Source: an uncultured Erysipelotrichaceae bacterium (GTDB lineage Bacteria > Bacillota_I > Bacilli_A > Erysipelotrichales > Erysipelotrichaceae). From it: a stretch of 32,000 nucleotides of DNA. How positions within the stretch are numbered: position 1 is the stretch's first letter; the number at the start of each line of letters is the position of its first letter. Positions 1 through 7,933 of this stretch are shown piece after piece. A program made the translations under genes and the position numbers. The notes beneath the pieces were generated by a model. The model worked only from the letters and a program-made list of their open reading frames with translations. It made no database searches and was not told the DNA's origin. The stretch covers positions 840,001 through 872,000 of the forward strand of contig OW818653.1 in the NCBI GenBank assembly GCA_942492995.1. The letters are read 5' to 3'.

Positions 1-155
1 TTAAATTCTTTCAATAACTCAACTAATTTTGGATTTTCAACTGGTTTGTTTATATCAAAATCTATTCCATTACTTTCATTTTTATCTTCATGAATAGTCT
101 TTTGTAAATTATCAATTGAATTTTTGGATTTAAAAATGTTTTTAAAGAAACTCAT
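1..155 (-). CDS. hypothetical protein, N-terminal part only (gene runs off the left edge of the window)
   Basis: ATG at 153-155 lies 7 nt downstream of a GAGG Shine-Dalgarno (rc of 163-166). The frame stays open to position 1. Translation: MSFFKNIFKSKNSIDNLQKTIHEDKNESNGIDFDINKPVENPKLVELLKEF. No motif recognised. Confidence 0.5.
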   Translation of the reverse strand, partial: MSFFKNIFKSKNSIDNLQKTIHEDKNESNGIDFDINKPVENPKLVELLKEF

Positions 156-239
156 TATTGTACCTCTTTAATTAGTTATCTATTTCATACTAACTGTTTT
201 GATGTTAACTCTCAATACTAAAAATAAACAAGGCATAGA

Positions 240-272
240 AAAGCTTCTATTGAAATACATAGAAGCTTTTTT
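240..272 (-). terminator. intrinsic terminator after the PTS operon (hairpin usable on both strands)
   Basis: Perfect 11-bp stem aaagcttctat (240-250) / atagaagcttt (259-269) with an 8-nt loop. T-runs flank it on both strands. It sits 6 nt downstream of the EIIA stop codon (278-280). Confidence 0.7.
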
Positions 273-277
273 AATGA

Positions 278-760
278 TTAAATACTGGAGTATTCTACAA
301 TACAAGCAGTTTCACCTTTTTTTACTTTACGGTTAGGAGTCATTCCTAAATCCATAATATTTATGACTCTACTTGTTAGAACACATATTACAACAGGATC
401 AAATCCATTCTTAATGATTTTCTTAAAATCCACTTCTACAACAGGACTTCCCATTTTTATAAATGTATTTTTCTCTACTAAGAGATTAAAGCCATCTCCA
501 TTTAATGTAACAGTATCAATCCCTATATGTACAAGAAACTCAAGACCATCATCGTTTCGAATACCAAATGCATGTTTAGTTGGTGAAATCATCGTCACAA
601 TACCATCAATTGGTGAATGTACTGTGTTCGATGTAGGATGAATCGCGAACCCATCTCCGATTATCTTTTGAGAAAACATATCATCATTAACTTGGGTGAT
701 ATCAATTAATTGACCATCGCAACATGCTAAGACTTCTGTTTTAATTACTTTATTATTCAT
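278..760 (-). CDS. PTS sugar transporter subunit EIIA, glucose/beta-glucoside family
   Basis: 160-aa ORF with EIIA-Glc signatures: GDGFAIHP, PTKHAFGI and LVHIGIDTV (the two conserved His regions). It lies directly downstream of the EIIC fragment. Confidence 0.9.
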   Translation of the reverse strand: MNNKVIKTEVLACCDGQLIDITQVNDDMFSQKIIGDGFAIHPTSNTVHSPIDGIVTMISPTKHAFGIRNDDGLEFLVHIGIDTVTLNGDGFNLLVEKNTFIKMGSPVVEVDFKKIIKNGFDPVVICVLTSRVINIMDLGMTPNRKVKKGETACIVEYSSI

Positions 761-771
761 ACAACCCTACA

Positions 772-1608
772 TTAATTCGTTTCGTTATTTTTTAGGTAGA
801 TTTCCATATTCTCATCCTTTACACCTAATACGTTTGTAAAGAATGCGGCTGCTAGAACTGCCACTGCATAGCCTAATAAATATGCAAGAGGTTTAGTATT
901 AACCAATGCGCCTAATAATCCAGATACATTCAATGCGATTGCGCCTTGGCCTGGGAATAAGCCTAAGACAAATCCACCACATGCACCACCAAGATTAGCC
1001 GCAATAAATGGACGCCATAGAGGAATTGAAACCCCATAAATCATCGGTTCAGAAATACCAAGTAATTGTGTAGGAATATTTCCATAGACTGTGTTACGTA
1101 GTTTCTTGTATTTTGGACCACGGTATTTAATTAATACACCAAGCGCAACCCCTGCTAAACCAGCACCTGCAAGAGATAAGAATCCTTGAAGTGATGTATA
1201 ACCAACTTCTTGTAATAGAGTTGTTTGAATCGGTGTAACGATATGATGTATACCTAATGCGACAAGTGGTAAGAATGTACCAGAAATGATCGCACCACCA
1301 ACTGCACCTGCATTATAAACTAACCATGTTACGACGCCTGCTAAACCATTGGAGATAATACCACTGATTGGTTGAATCACAAAGAGTAAAGCTAAGCCTG
1401 TTATTGTAATAGAGAGTAAAGCTGGGAAGTGTACTTGTAAGAATCCAGGAATAACTTTCTTGAATCTCTTTTCTAGATAAGCCACTAAGAAACCACCAAC
1501 TAGTGCAGCTAATGTTCCGCCCATACCACTTCTAAAGCTTAAATTCGCAAAGCCCATGGATACACCATTAAGTGATCCAACATTGATTACGATTGCCCCA
1601 ATCGCCAT
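772..1608 (-). pseudogene. PTS EIIC, C-terminal fragment of an interrupted EIIBC gene
   Basis: 278-aa polytopic membrane ORF with Gly/Ala-rich TM helices (GISEPMIYGV-type EIIC core). It is in the same frame as ORF 1645-2187 and separated from it only by TAA at 1645-1647. The 36 nt between the stop and the ORF-track ATG read AAKTIGGSPFLG, which continues the EIIC sequence. Confidence 0.8.
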
Positions 1609-1644
1609 CCCTAAGAATGGACTACCGCCAATCGTTTTTGCGGC

Positions 1645-2187
1645 TTAAGACGCAACTGCGATATTCATGATTGAGAAGAATGAGAATGCGATAACACTAA
1701 GGGCTGCCATAAATAATGATCCACCATCTGCGATTGGTGCAGGATTAAATAGACTTACGCCAAAGTATAAATAGATATACTGGAAGATACGCATAATCCC
1801 AAAGATTAAACCTGTACCGGCAAGTGCTGGAATCATTGGTGTAAAGACTTGGGAGATTGTGGTAAATATTTCACTACGATTCTTTTTCTTTTCGTTGAAT
1901 TCTTCTACTTTATTAAGCGTACTATGTTTTTTACCATCCGCTTCAATCATCTTTTGAACTGCTTCTCTGACAAATTCCGCGTTGCCAGGTCCGACGATGA
2001 TTTGAGGATTATTGTCTTTTCCAACAATGCCTAATACGCCTGGTAATGATTTAATCTTATCATGATTAATTTTACTTGCGTCTATGACTACAACTCTAAA
2101 ACGTGTCATACAATTACTAATTCGTTCGATATTATCTAAACCACCGATTGCCTCGACAATCTGTTCTATCACTTTTTGTTCAAACAT
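1645..2187 (-). pseudogene. PTS EIIB domain plus first EIIC helices, N-terminal fragment of the interrupted EIIBC gene
   Basis: The N-terminus, MFEQKVIEQIVEAIGGLDNIERISNCMTRFRVVV, is a glucose-family EIIB domain (phospho-Cys in the CxTR motif). FTPMIPALAGTGLIFG then starts EIIC. The ORF ends at an in-frame TAA (1645-1647) in the middle of the membrane domain. Confidence 0.8.
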
Positions 2188-2198
2188 TTTTTGTCCCT

Positions 2199-4040
2199 TT
2201 ATTTCATTCGATATTGAATGTATTCTCTTAATTTAGTTGTCATATCGTGTAAGTCGTTTTGATTCGACTTAAGCGATGTATATACTTTAAAGTTTTCTTG
2301 ATTAATTACATTATTAAGTGTCTTCATAATCTCTTCTTTTAACTCTGGATTATGATTGCTAATGTTTATAAGTGCCCTTATACAATGTGCTACATACTGG
2401 AAACGATAATCTTCTTTACTGCCGATAAACTTATCAAATTGGAAATCATCTTCTACAAATCGATCATTCGATAATAGAATATTATAGAGAATCGGATAAC
2501 TCTCTTTTTGATGTAGTCTACCAAGGCAATAAACAGCGCTTAATCCACGATACATGTTATATGACTTACTAGTCTTAGGTAAGTATGTATCACGTTTTAA
2601 TGCTAATTCTACAAGGATTGAATGACCTTCTGTTTGATTGAGTAGCGCTAATACGATTGCACTATTACTGCGTAAATTCGTGTCACTATTATTCAAACAT
2701 ACACTTAATAATTCAATCTTCTTTTCTCGATAAGCAACTAACATAGCGAAGCCTGGTCGATCAGATTTCATAAATTTAATAAGTTCTAAATCATCCTTAG
2801 GTATACGCATTTCATCACTTATATCGAGCGGAGGATTATCTTTCAATCCATAATTATTCGTTATATTTAAACAATTATCTTTTTCTAATCGTTCTTCAAT
2901 ATCCGCATATTTTACATCATCTAGTCGGATATTATTCTTCAATGACGCATCTATCAAAATCGCCGCAGCTTCACCCGCTTTTTGACAATCTCTCATCATA
3001 CGTGTATGTGATGCGACATCATGATCCATTGACATTATCCGTCCAATTGCTAAGACATTATCCAATCCTTTAGGACGCATCATATCTTTTTCAACGGGAA
3101 CTGAAACAAGTGTAGACCACATACTTAAACCAACAACCCAATCACATAACTGTTCACTTTCAAATGCCATTTCCTTCGTATGATTATCGAAGTTAGCACT
3201 TGAGTAGTACAGAGGTTCATGACTGGTATACCCTTCCACAATCTCTTGCATGGTTAGGTGTTTAATTCCATCAATGACATAGCCTTCACGTAAACCGATG
3301 ATGGGTGACATACCAAGCGTAAATTCATCCTTTTGCGGATTGGAATAAACCGCATTGTTCAATGATTTTACGACGGATTGTGCATAGTCACACGGATTAT
3401 CTTGACGCATAGTACCCGCATCAATATTGTTAAATTCTACTCTTTGATTAATGAAATTATAGTAAATTCTAACATTTGAGAATGGTTGACATAATCCATC
3501 AAACGCTCTACCTTTATGCGCATTTAGTCCTGCCATACGACAGAGTGAGGCTTCTGCACTCGCATCGATAAATACTTTTGCCTTTATCGTTGTAAGTTTG
3601 CCATCTCCATAGTATTGAACCCCTTCAATGCGTTGATTCGATGTATATACCCCAGTTAATACTGAGTTATACGCAATCTTTGTATGCGTATCCTTTAGTA
3701 GATTATCAAACACATAACGTCGTATTGTAGGTTGAGATCCAAACGCATCCGCAATTTGAAATTTATCCTTTTCTTCACGAATGATTTGATCAATCTTTTC
3801 ATACATTCCGCCATTTGATCCCCGATAATATTGAAACATTGTGCTTGAGTATATCCCACCCATAAAGTTCTTTTTTTCGATGATGCATAGCTTATAGCCT
3901 AATTGTGCAAGTTTAACTGAAACAATTGATCCAGCCGTTCCAGCCCCTACTATTACTACATCATATTCCTGATCATATTTAACCTGTTCAATCAATGTTT
4001 CTTCTATTCCATTTTCACTTATACGATGGTAGGCACTCAT
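2199..4040 (-). CDS. FAD-dependent oxidoreductase with a HEAT-like helical C-terminal region
   Basis: Dinucleotide-binding fingerprint YDVVIVGAGTAGSIVSVKLAQLGYKLCIIEKKNFMGG near the N-terminus. The C-terminal ~200 aa is helical-repeat-like. I prefer ATG 4038-4040 (MSAYHR...) as the start: GGAGG lies 7 nt upstream, and the ATG overlaps the upstream TAA by 1 nt (TAATG). The ORF track extends the ORF to 4055. Confidence 0.75.
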   Translation of the reverse strand: MSAYHRISENGIEETLIEQVKYDQEYDVVIVGAGTAGSIVSVKLAQLGYKLCIIEKKNFMGGIYSSTMFQYYRGSNGGMYEKIDQIIREEKDKFQIADAFGSQPTIRRYVFDNLLKDTHTKIAYNSVLTGVYTSNQRIEGVQYYGDGKLTTIKAKVFIDASAEASLCRMAGLNAHKGRAFDGLCQPFSNVRIYYNFINQRVEFNNIDAGTMRQDNPCDYAQSVVKSLNNAVYSNPQKDEFTLGMSPIIGLREGYVIDGIKHLTMQEIVEGYTSHEPLYYSSANFDNHTKEMAFESEQLCDWVVGLSMWSTLVSVPVEKDMMRPKGLDNVLAIGRIMSMDHDVASHTRMMRDCQKAGEAAAILIDASLKNNIRLDDVKYADIEERLEKDNCLNITNNYGLKDNPPLDISDEMRIPKDDLELIKFMKSDRPGFAMLVAYREKKIELLSVCLNNSDTNLRSNSAIVLALLNQTEGHSILVELALKRDTYLPKTSKSYNMYRGLSAVYCLGRLHQKESYPILYNILLSNDRFVEDDFQFDKFIGSKEDYRFQYVAHCIRALINISNHNPELKEEIMKTLNNVINQENFKVYTSLKSNQNDLHDMTTKLREYIQYRMK

Positions 4041-4792
4041 TATAGATTCCTCCATAATTCAATTCCTTTATCCATCGCATCAAACAGATTATCCGTATGA
4101 CTTGAACATGCCTTTAAATGATTTCCTATTCGATTTACACGATAGTTTCCTCGAACACACACTTCTTCTGCGATCATCAATAACGTATCTTCACTCGCTA
4201 GAGGTTTCTTAAATACCGATAGAACTTCTCTTCTAACATCAGACATGGTTAATGACGTTACTGGTATTTCTAAACAATATATTTCTTTACCTAAGTCATA
4301 GTGTTTACTGTTTGTGACTTCGATTGGAGTATTCCCATTCGCTTTCACCAGTACATTACAACTCAAGTTATCAGTAAGTTGATTACTCAATGTATCAATG
4401 TAATATTCTGATTCAAACATCATGATTTGATCTCTACAAATCGCTTCAATTAAATAACCATTCTTCGTTTCAGTTTGTTTAAGAATGACACAATCGAACA
4501 TTATTTTCAGATTATGTTCTTCCACAAACTTTCCTAATACAGGCATAATTTCACTCATTATAATCATGTCATCATGCACCATATGCTTATTCATCAATAT
4601 TCTGTCAGATAAGTTTTTTGTGAGTTCTTCTTTTATCTCAAATCCACTTAAATGATCAATTCTTAAACTAGAATACATGTCACATCCTAAGATGTTTCCA
4701 CGCTCAATGATTAAAGTATTATCTGGATCAAAACTCGCAAACGCTAAGCCTAGAAAGCTAGCACCATTCACAACTGTCCGATACTTTTTCAA
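4040..4792 (-). CDS. hypothetical protein, possible degenerate FAD/NAD-binding paralogue
   Basis: 250-aa ORF with a TTG start (rc of 4790-4792) after GAGGG. The N-terminus, RTVVNGASFLGLAFASF...LIIERGNILG, follows the spacing of a Rossmann beta-alpha-beta fingerprint but has lost the GxGxxG glycines. It is translationally coupled to the FAD oxidoreductase. Confidence 0.55.
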   Translation of the reverse strand: MKKYRTVVNGASFLGLAFASFDPDNTLIIERGNILGCDMYSSLRIDHLSGFEIKEELTKNLSDRILMNKHMVHDDMIIMSEIMPVLGKFVEEHNLKIMFDCVILKQTETKNGYLIEAICRDQIMMFESEYYIDTLSNQLTDNLSCNVLVKANGNTPIEVTNSKHYDLGKEIYCLEIPVTSLTMSDVRREVLSVFKKPLASEDTLLMIAEEVCVRGNYRVNRIGNHLKACSSHTDNLFDAMDKGIELWRNL

Positions 4793-4808
4793 TCCTTATC
4801 CCTCTCTT

Positions 4809-5648
4809 CTACTGGTTTCTTGTGATAAACGTATTGATATGCGTCGCCAAATACATGGTCTCAGCTTCTTCAACACATTCATCAAACGTTTCTTCTATGT
4901 AGTCTTTGATTTGTAGTGAGATATCATACGCTTCTTTATATTCTTTTTTAATCACATTTAATACACCCTGACTAACGACTTGAAGCTTTTCTTTCTTAAT
5001 CAATCGCATTGAAAAGAACTTCAAATGTGTTATGAAACGCTCATAGCTAATCGAATCTGTATCAAACTCTATGCCTAGTTTCTCACGTGCAATATCCAAA
5101 GATTGATTGATGATTTTGGTCATAAAATCGGTATTATCAAAGTAATTCTCATCTAATTGTGCATTCAGTATATGCATCGCTATAAACGATGCCTCATCAT
5201 TCGGCAATTTAATCTTTAATTCTGAATTAATAATTTCCACTGCCTTTTCACCAATTCGATACTCTGTCGCATAGAATCGTTTAATCTCATTATGGAGTTT
5301 GTTTTCAAACATTAGATTATTATGGTATCTATCCACCGCGAAATTAACATGATCTAAAAGCGAGAAATACACACTTGTCGAAAGTTCTTTCCCAAGTGTC
5401 GCTTCAGCTTCTACAATAATCTTGTTCACAACTTGTACATTCGTGAAATCCACATCCGCTAACAGTGACATCAAATCATTCTCATATTGTTGGTTCGTCA
5501 ATATATAAGTTTTTTCGATATCATTTTCCAGAATATCATCGCCATTTTTCTTCTGAAATCCGAGTGCTTTTCCTAGTAATAGTACTTCTTGTCCACGATC
5601 ATTGATTGAACGCACAATGTTATTATTAATTACTTTTGTTATTCTCAT
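4809..5648 (-). CDS. BglG/LicT/SacY-family PRD-containing transcription antiterminator
   Basis: N-terminal CAT RNA-binding domain MRITKVINNNIVRSINDRGQEVLLLGKALGFQKK, followed by two PRD-like regions. Preferred start is ATG 5646-5648, with GAAAGGAG 5 nt upstream. The ORF track extends 11 codons further, to 5681. Confidence 0.9.
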   Translation of the reverse strand: MRITKVINNNIVRSINDRGQEVLLLGKALGFQKKNGDDILENDIEKTYILTNQQYENDLMSLLADVDFTNVQVVNKIIVEAEATLGKELSTSVYFSLLDHVNFAVDRYHNNLMFENKLHNEIKRFYATEYRIGEKAVEIINSELKIKLPNDEASFIAMHILNAQLDENYFDNTDFMTKIINQSLDIAREKLGIEFDTDSISYERFITHLKFFSMRLIKKEKLQVVSQGVLNVIKKEYKEAYDISLQIKDYIEETFDECVEEAETMYLATHINTFITRNQ

Positions 5649-5711
5649 TTTTCTCCTTTCTTTGTATGTTTGACCAATCATCTAATCTTCTGTACCTTCT
5701 ATGCCTGTTAA

Positions 5712-5770
5712 CAAAAAAAGTAGACAACATGACATAAAGGTCGATGTAGCCTACTTAAAGTAACAACTCT
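5712..5770 (-). promoter_or_regulatory. RAT (ribonucleic antiterminator) element overlapping an intrinsic terminator in the licT-like leader
   Basis: The minus strand reads GAGTTGTTACTTTAAGTAGGCTACATCGACCTTTATGTCATGTTGTCTACTTTTTTTG. TTGTTACT...AAGTAGGC matches the Bacillus RAT core TTGTTACTG...AAGCAGGC. The 3' half of the RAT also forms the 5' arm of the hairpin GTAGGCTACATCGAC / GTCATGTTGTCTAC, which is followed by T7. Confidence 0.7.
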
Positions 5771-5777
5771 TGATTAA

Positions 5778-5806
5778 AGAATATAATAGAAAAATTAGGT
5801 TGTCAA
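5778..5806 (-). promoter_or_regulatory. putative sigma-A promoter of the PTS operon
   Basis: On the minus strand: TTGACA (rc of 5801-5806), a 17-nt spacer, then TATTCT (rc of 5778-5783). It lies just upstream of the RAT element. Confidence 0.35.
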
Positions 5807-5918
5807 ATATGAATTTAATTAAAGTTAGTTTTGTTTATACGTTATTAACAAAATCATTTTAAATGTAGCTTAAGATTTCATTCTTATGATCTTTTATAAT
5901 GAAAAATAGTTAAATAAC

Positions 5919-6392
5919 TTATTCTGCCGTTCTACTATCAAAATCAAAATGATAGAACTTCTCTCCATGATTAATCCTTAAAGTTCCTTTAGATAATTTG
6001 ATTTGTACAAAACAGAAATTCACATCACTTTCATCATTCGCAAAATCATACCATTCTTTAAACACTTCACGTAATTTCGTTCTAATTTCCGCATTCTTAG
6101 GATCTAACACCCAACCTAAATTGTGACCAGTTCCACTCGCATAGAAGTCTTCAAAGTTTGCGGATATCGCAACTTCAGGATTCAATTCAATTTGTTTTAC
6201 TTTCTTTGATAATGCATAGGTCACAATATAGAATGATCCATCTTCATAATAAGCATCCACATCACGTACACATGGCTTAGGAAAACCATTAACACTTAAT
6301 TCATGGGATATTGTCGCAAGTGCTATGACATTATCTTTACCCTTCCCAAATTTTTCATTCAATAAATTCATTCCTTCTTCATACTTGTTCAT
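5919..6392 (-). CDS. pyridoxamine 5'-phosphate oxidase-family (FMN-binding split-barrel) protein
   Basis: 157-aa ORF. The pattern NVIALATI...VRDVDAYYEDGSFYIVTYALSKKVKQIELNPEVAI resembles PNPOx-like / general-stress-26-like proteins. It overlaps the upstream gene by 14 nt. Confidence 0.5.
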   Translation of the reverse strand: MNKYEEGMNLLNEKFGKGKDNVIALATISHELSVNGFPKPCVRDVDAYYEDGSFYIVTYALSKKVKQIELNPEVAISANFEDFYASGTGHNLGWVLDPKNAEIRTKLREVFKEWYDFANDESDVNFCFVQIKLSKGTLRINHGEKFYHFDFDSRTAE

Positions 6393-7020
6393 TGTTTATT
6401 CCCACTTGTTCCCTTTTTATCCATAGAGCTGGACGTATACCACCTCTCGTATCATTCGCATATCGATGAATTACATTGGTATTACGTTTCGCAACACCAT
6501 TTCCTTGTATACCAATATTCCCATCCCCGTGAATATATACCGCAACGCGATTGTGTTTACCTGGTGTTCTTACCCACCACCACCAAATTGAGTTCATATA
6601 CGTTGATCTTCTTTTTATATTATTCTCATCTTTTCTTTGAAACCAATATCTTTGGTTCTTAGCTGGATTATCCAATAATTTACTACTATCCCCAAAGTAC
6701 AATCGTACAACTTCATCCATTGATAGAATGAATATCTTATCGAGTGTATCTTCTCCACCATCCGCTTTATACCAATTGTTAATAGGATTCTTGTTTAAAG
6801 TTTCTATGATGCTTGATTGTTCATTTTTATTGAATGTATTAAAGAACTCATGATTAAGATAATTTCTTAGCTCACAGTCTTTCCAAGTAATCTCCACAGC
6901 TTTCGTGTGATAATCACGTAACTCAATAATTTCATCTGTAAGAATCAATATTCGATCTTCACGAATATCAAGAATTCGCCATTCATACTTCCCAAAACTT
7001 ATTTTATCTCCGATATTCAT
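6379..7020 (-). CDS. DUF6273-like domain protein
   Basis: Motifs in the spacing typical of this Firmicutes family: FGKYEWRILD, CELRNYLNHEFF, DKIFILSMDEV, WWWVRTPG and GGIRPALWI. SD AAGGGA precedes the ATG. Confidence 0.6.
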   Translation of the reverse strand: MNIGDKISFGKYEWRILDIREDRILILTDEIIELRDYHTKAVEITWKDCELRNYLNHEFFNTFNKNEQSSIIETLNKNPINNWYKADGGEDTLDKIFILSMDEVVRLYFGDSSKLLDNPAKNQRYWFQRKDENNIKRRSTYMNSIWWWWVRTPGKHNRVAVYIHGDGNIGIQGNGVAKRNTNVIHRYANDTRGGIRPALWIKREQVGINNEQV

Positions 7021-7031
7021 ATCATTTCCCT

Positions 7032-7709
7032 TTACTCAATCGCCACATATATCTTCATCATTTCTATGCCATCTTTCTTGAACTGACTCTCAAAGGCAAA
7101 TCCACCATAGGTATATCGATTCACATTAATGTATTGAAAGACTGACTTAAACGCATTTGATATTAAGTGAAATGGATTATCCATTGGATTCTTAATCGAT
7201 ATCGTCACATAGTTTTGTGATTTTCTTTCTTCAATAACATATGAATCTTTTTTAAGATTAATATCATCTGGCAGTATTAGCGCAGCTGTATATCCATGCA
7301 TATGATATACATTGATTTGTTCCTGTGAGATATAAGGGAAATCCCAACCAATTATATTTGGATTTTCTATGTTTAAATGTCTTGCCAGTTTATTAATACG
7401 ATCAATCGAATCATCTTCAGGTTCTGCAGAAATAACTGTATATTTTATGTACTTAAAAGCCTCGAGCATTTCTATTTCGATCTCAGAATATGCTTCATTG
7501 GTTATCTTCATATCCCCAAACAATAGCTCATCTGATTTACAATTAAACAATGTACATATTTCTTTGATTTTACTTAACTCAGGATTTCCTTGATTCAATT
7601 CCCATTTAGATATTGTTTGTCTAGAAACACCTAGTTTATTAGCTAGTTCTTCTTGCGTCATATTCTTATGCATCATTCTGAGATACTGCAAGTTTCTGCT
7701 GAAATTCAT
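7032..7709 (-). CDS. XRE-family HTH transcriptional regulator with a C-terminal effector-binding-like domain
   Basis: N-terminal HTH MTQEELANKLGVSRQTISKWELNQGNPELSKIKEICTLFNCKSDELL. The ~150-aa C-terminal domain is possibly GyrI-like. It is the first gene of a three-gene operon. Confidence 0.8.
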   Translation of the reverse strand: MNFSRNLQYLRMMHKNMTQEELANKLGVSRQTISKWELNQGNPELSKIKEICTLFNCKSDELLFGDMKITNEAYSEIEIEMLEAFKYIKYTVISAEPEDDSIDRINKLARHLNIENPNIIGWDFPYISQEQINVYHMHGYTAALILPDDINLKKDSYVIEERKSQNYVTISIKNPMDNPFHLISNAFKSVFQYINVNRYTYGGFAFESQFKKDGIEMMKIYVAIE

Positions 7710-7885
7710 TGTGTCACCTCGTTATATTATCATTATGGTATTGTTTAAATCATCTATCAACCAACTATAAATTGCGTTTAATTGATATATGCACTTTAAA
7801 GTTGCGGAGTAATACTTAAATCCTTCGAATTTAATAGTATTAAATAATTCTTGGTAAATCAAATTTTTTATTGAATATTTTGCAT

Positions 7886-7911
7886 AAGAAAAACCGCTAA
7901 ATCAGCGGTTT
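7886..7911 (-). terminator. intrinsic terminator after the giant gene
   Basis: The minus strand reads AAACCGCT-GATTT-AGCGGTTT followed by TTCTT (8-bp perfect stem plus T-run). It lies 23 nt downstream of the stop at 7934. Confidence 0.8.
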
Positions 7912-7933
7912 CGAGAGTCAATTGTTAATATTA

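Noticed and set aside
363-641. 92-aa plus-strand ORF, and similar antisense ORFs at 1849-2034, 4677-4916, 7369-7593, 8205-8489, 11199-11393, 11928-12131, 13859-14047, 16637-16993, 20892-21083, 21531-21773, 22303-22494, 25105-25335 and 26479-26664
   Set aside because: Each is nested in or overlaps a longer, motif-supported gene on the opposite strand. They have low-complexity translations and no ribosome-binding sites.
1645-1647. Possibility that the in-frame TAA reflects an alternative genetic code or programmed readthrough
   Set aside because: TAA, TAG and TGA all terminate well-conserved genes at the expected ends in this window (TAA the EIIA, FAD-oxidoreductase and MBL genes, TAG the licT-like gene, TGA guaB and ltaE). 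No other gene shows internal stops, so a point mutation or sequencing error is more parsimonious.
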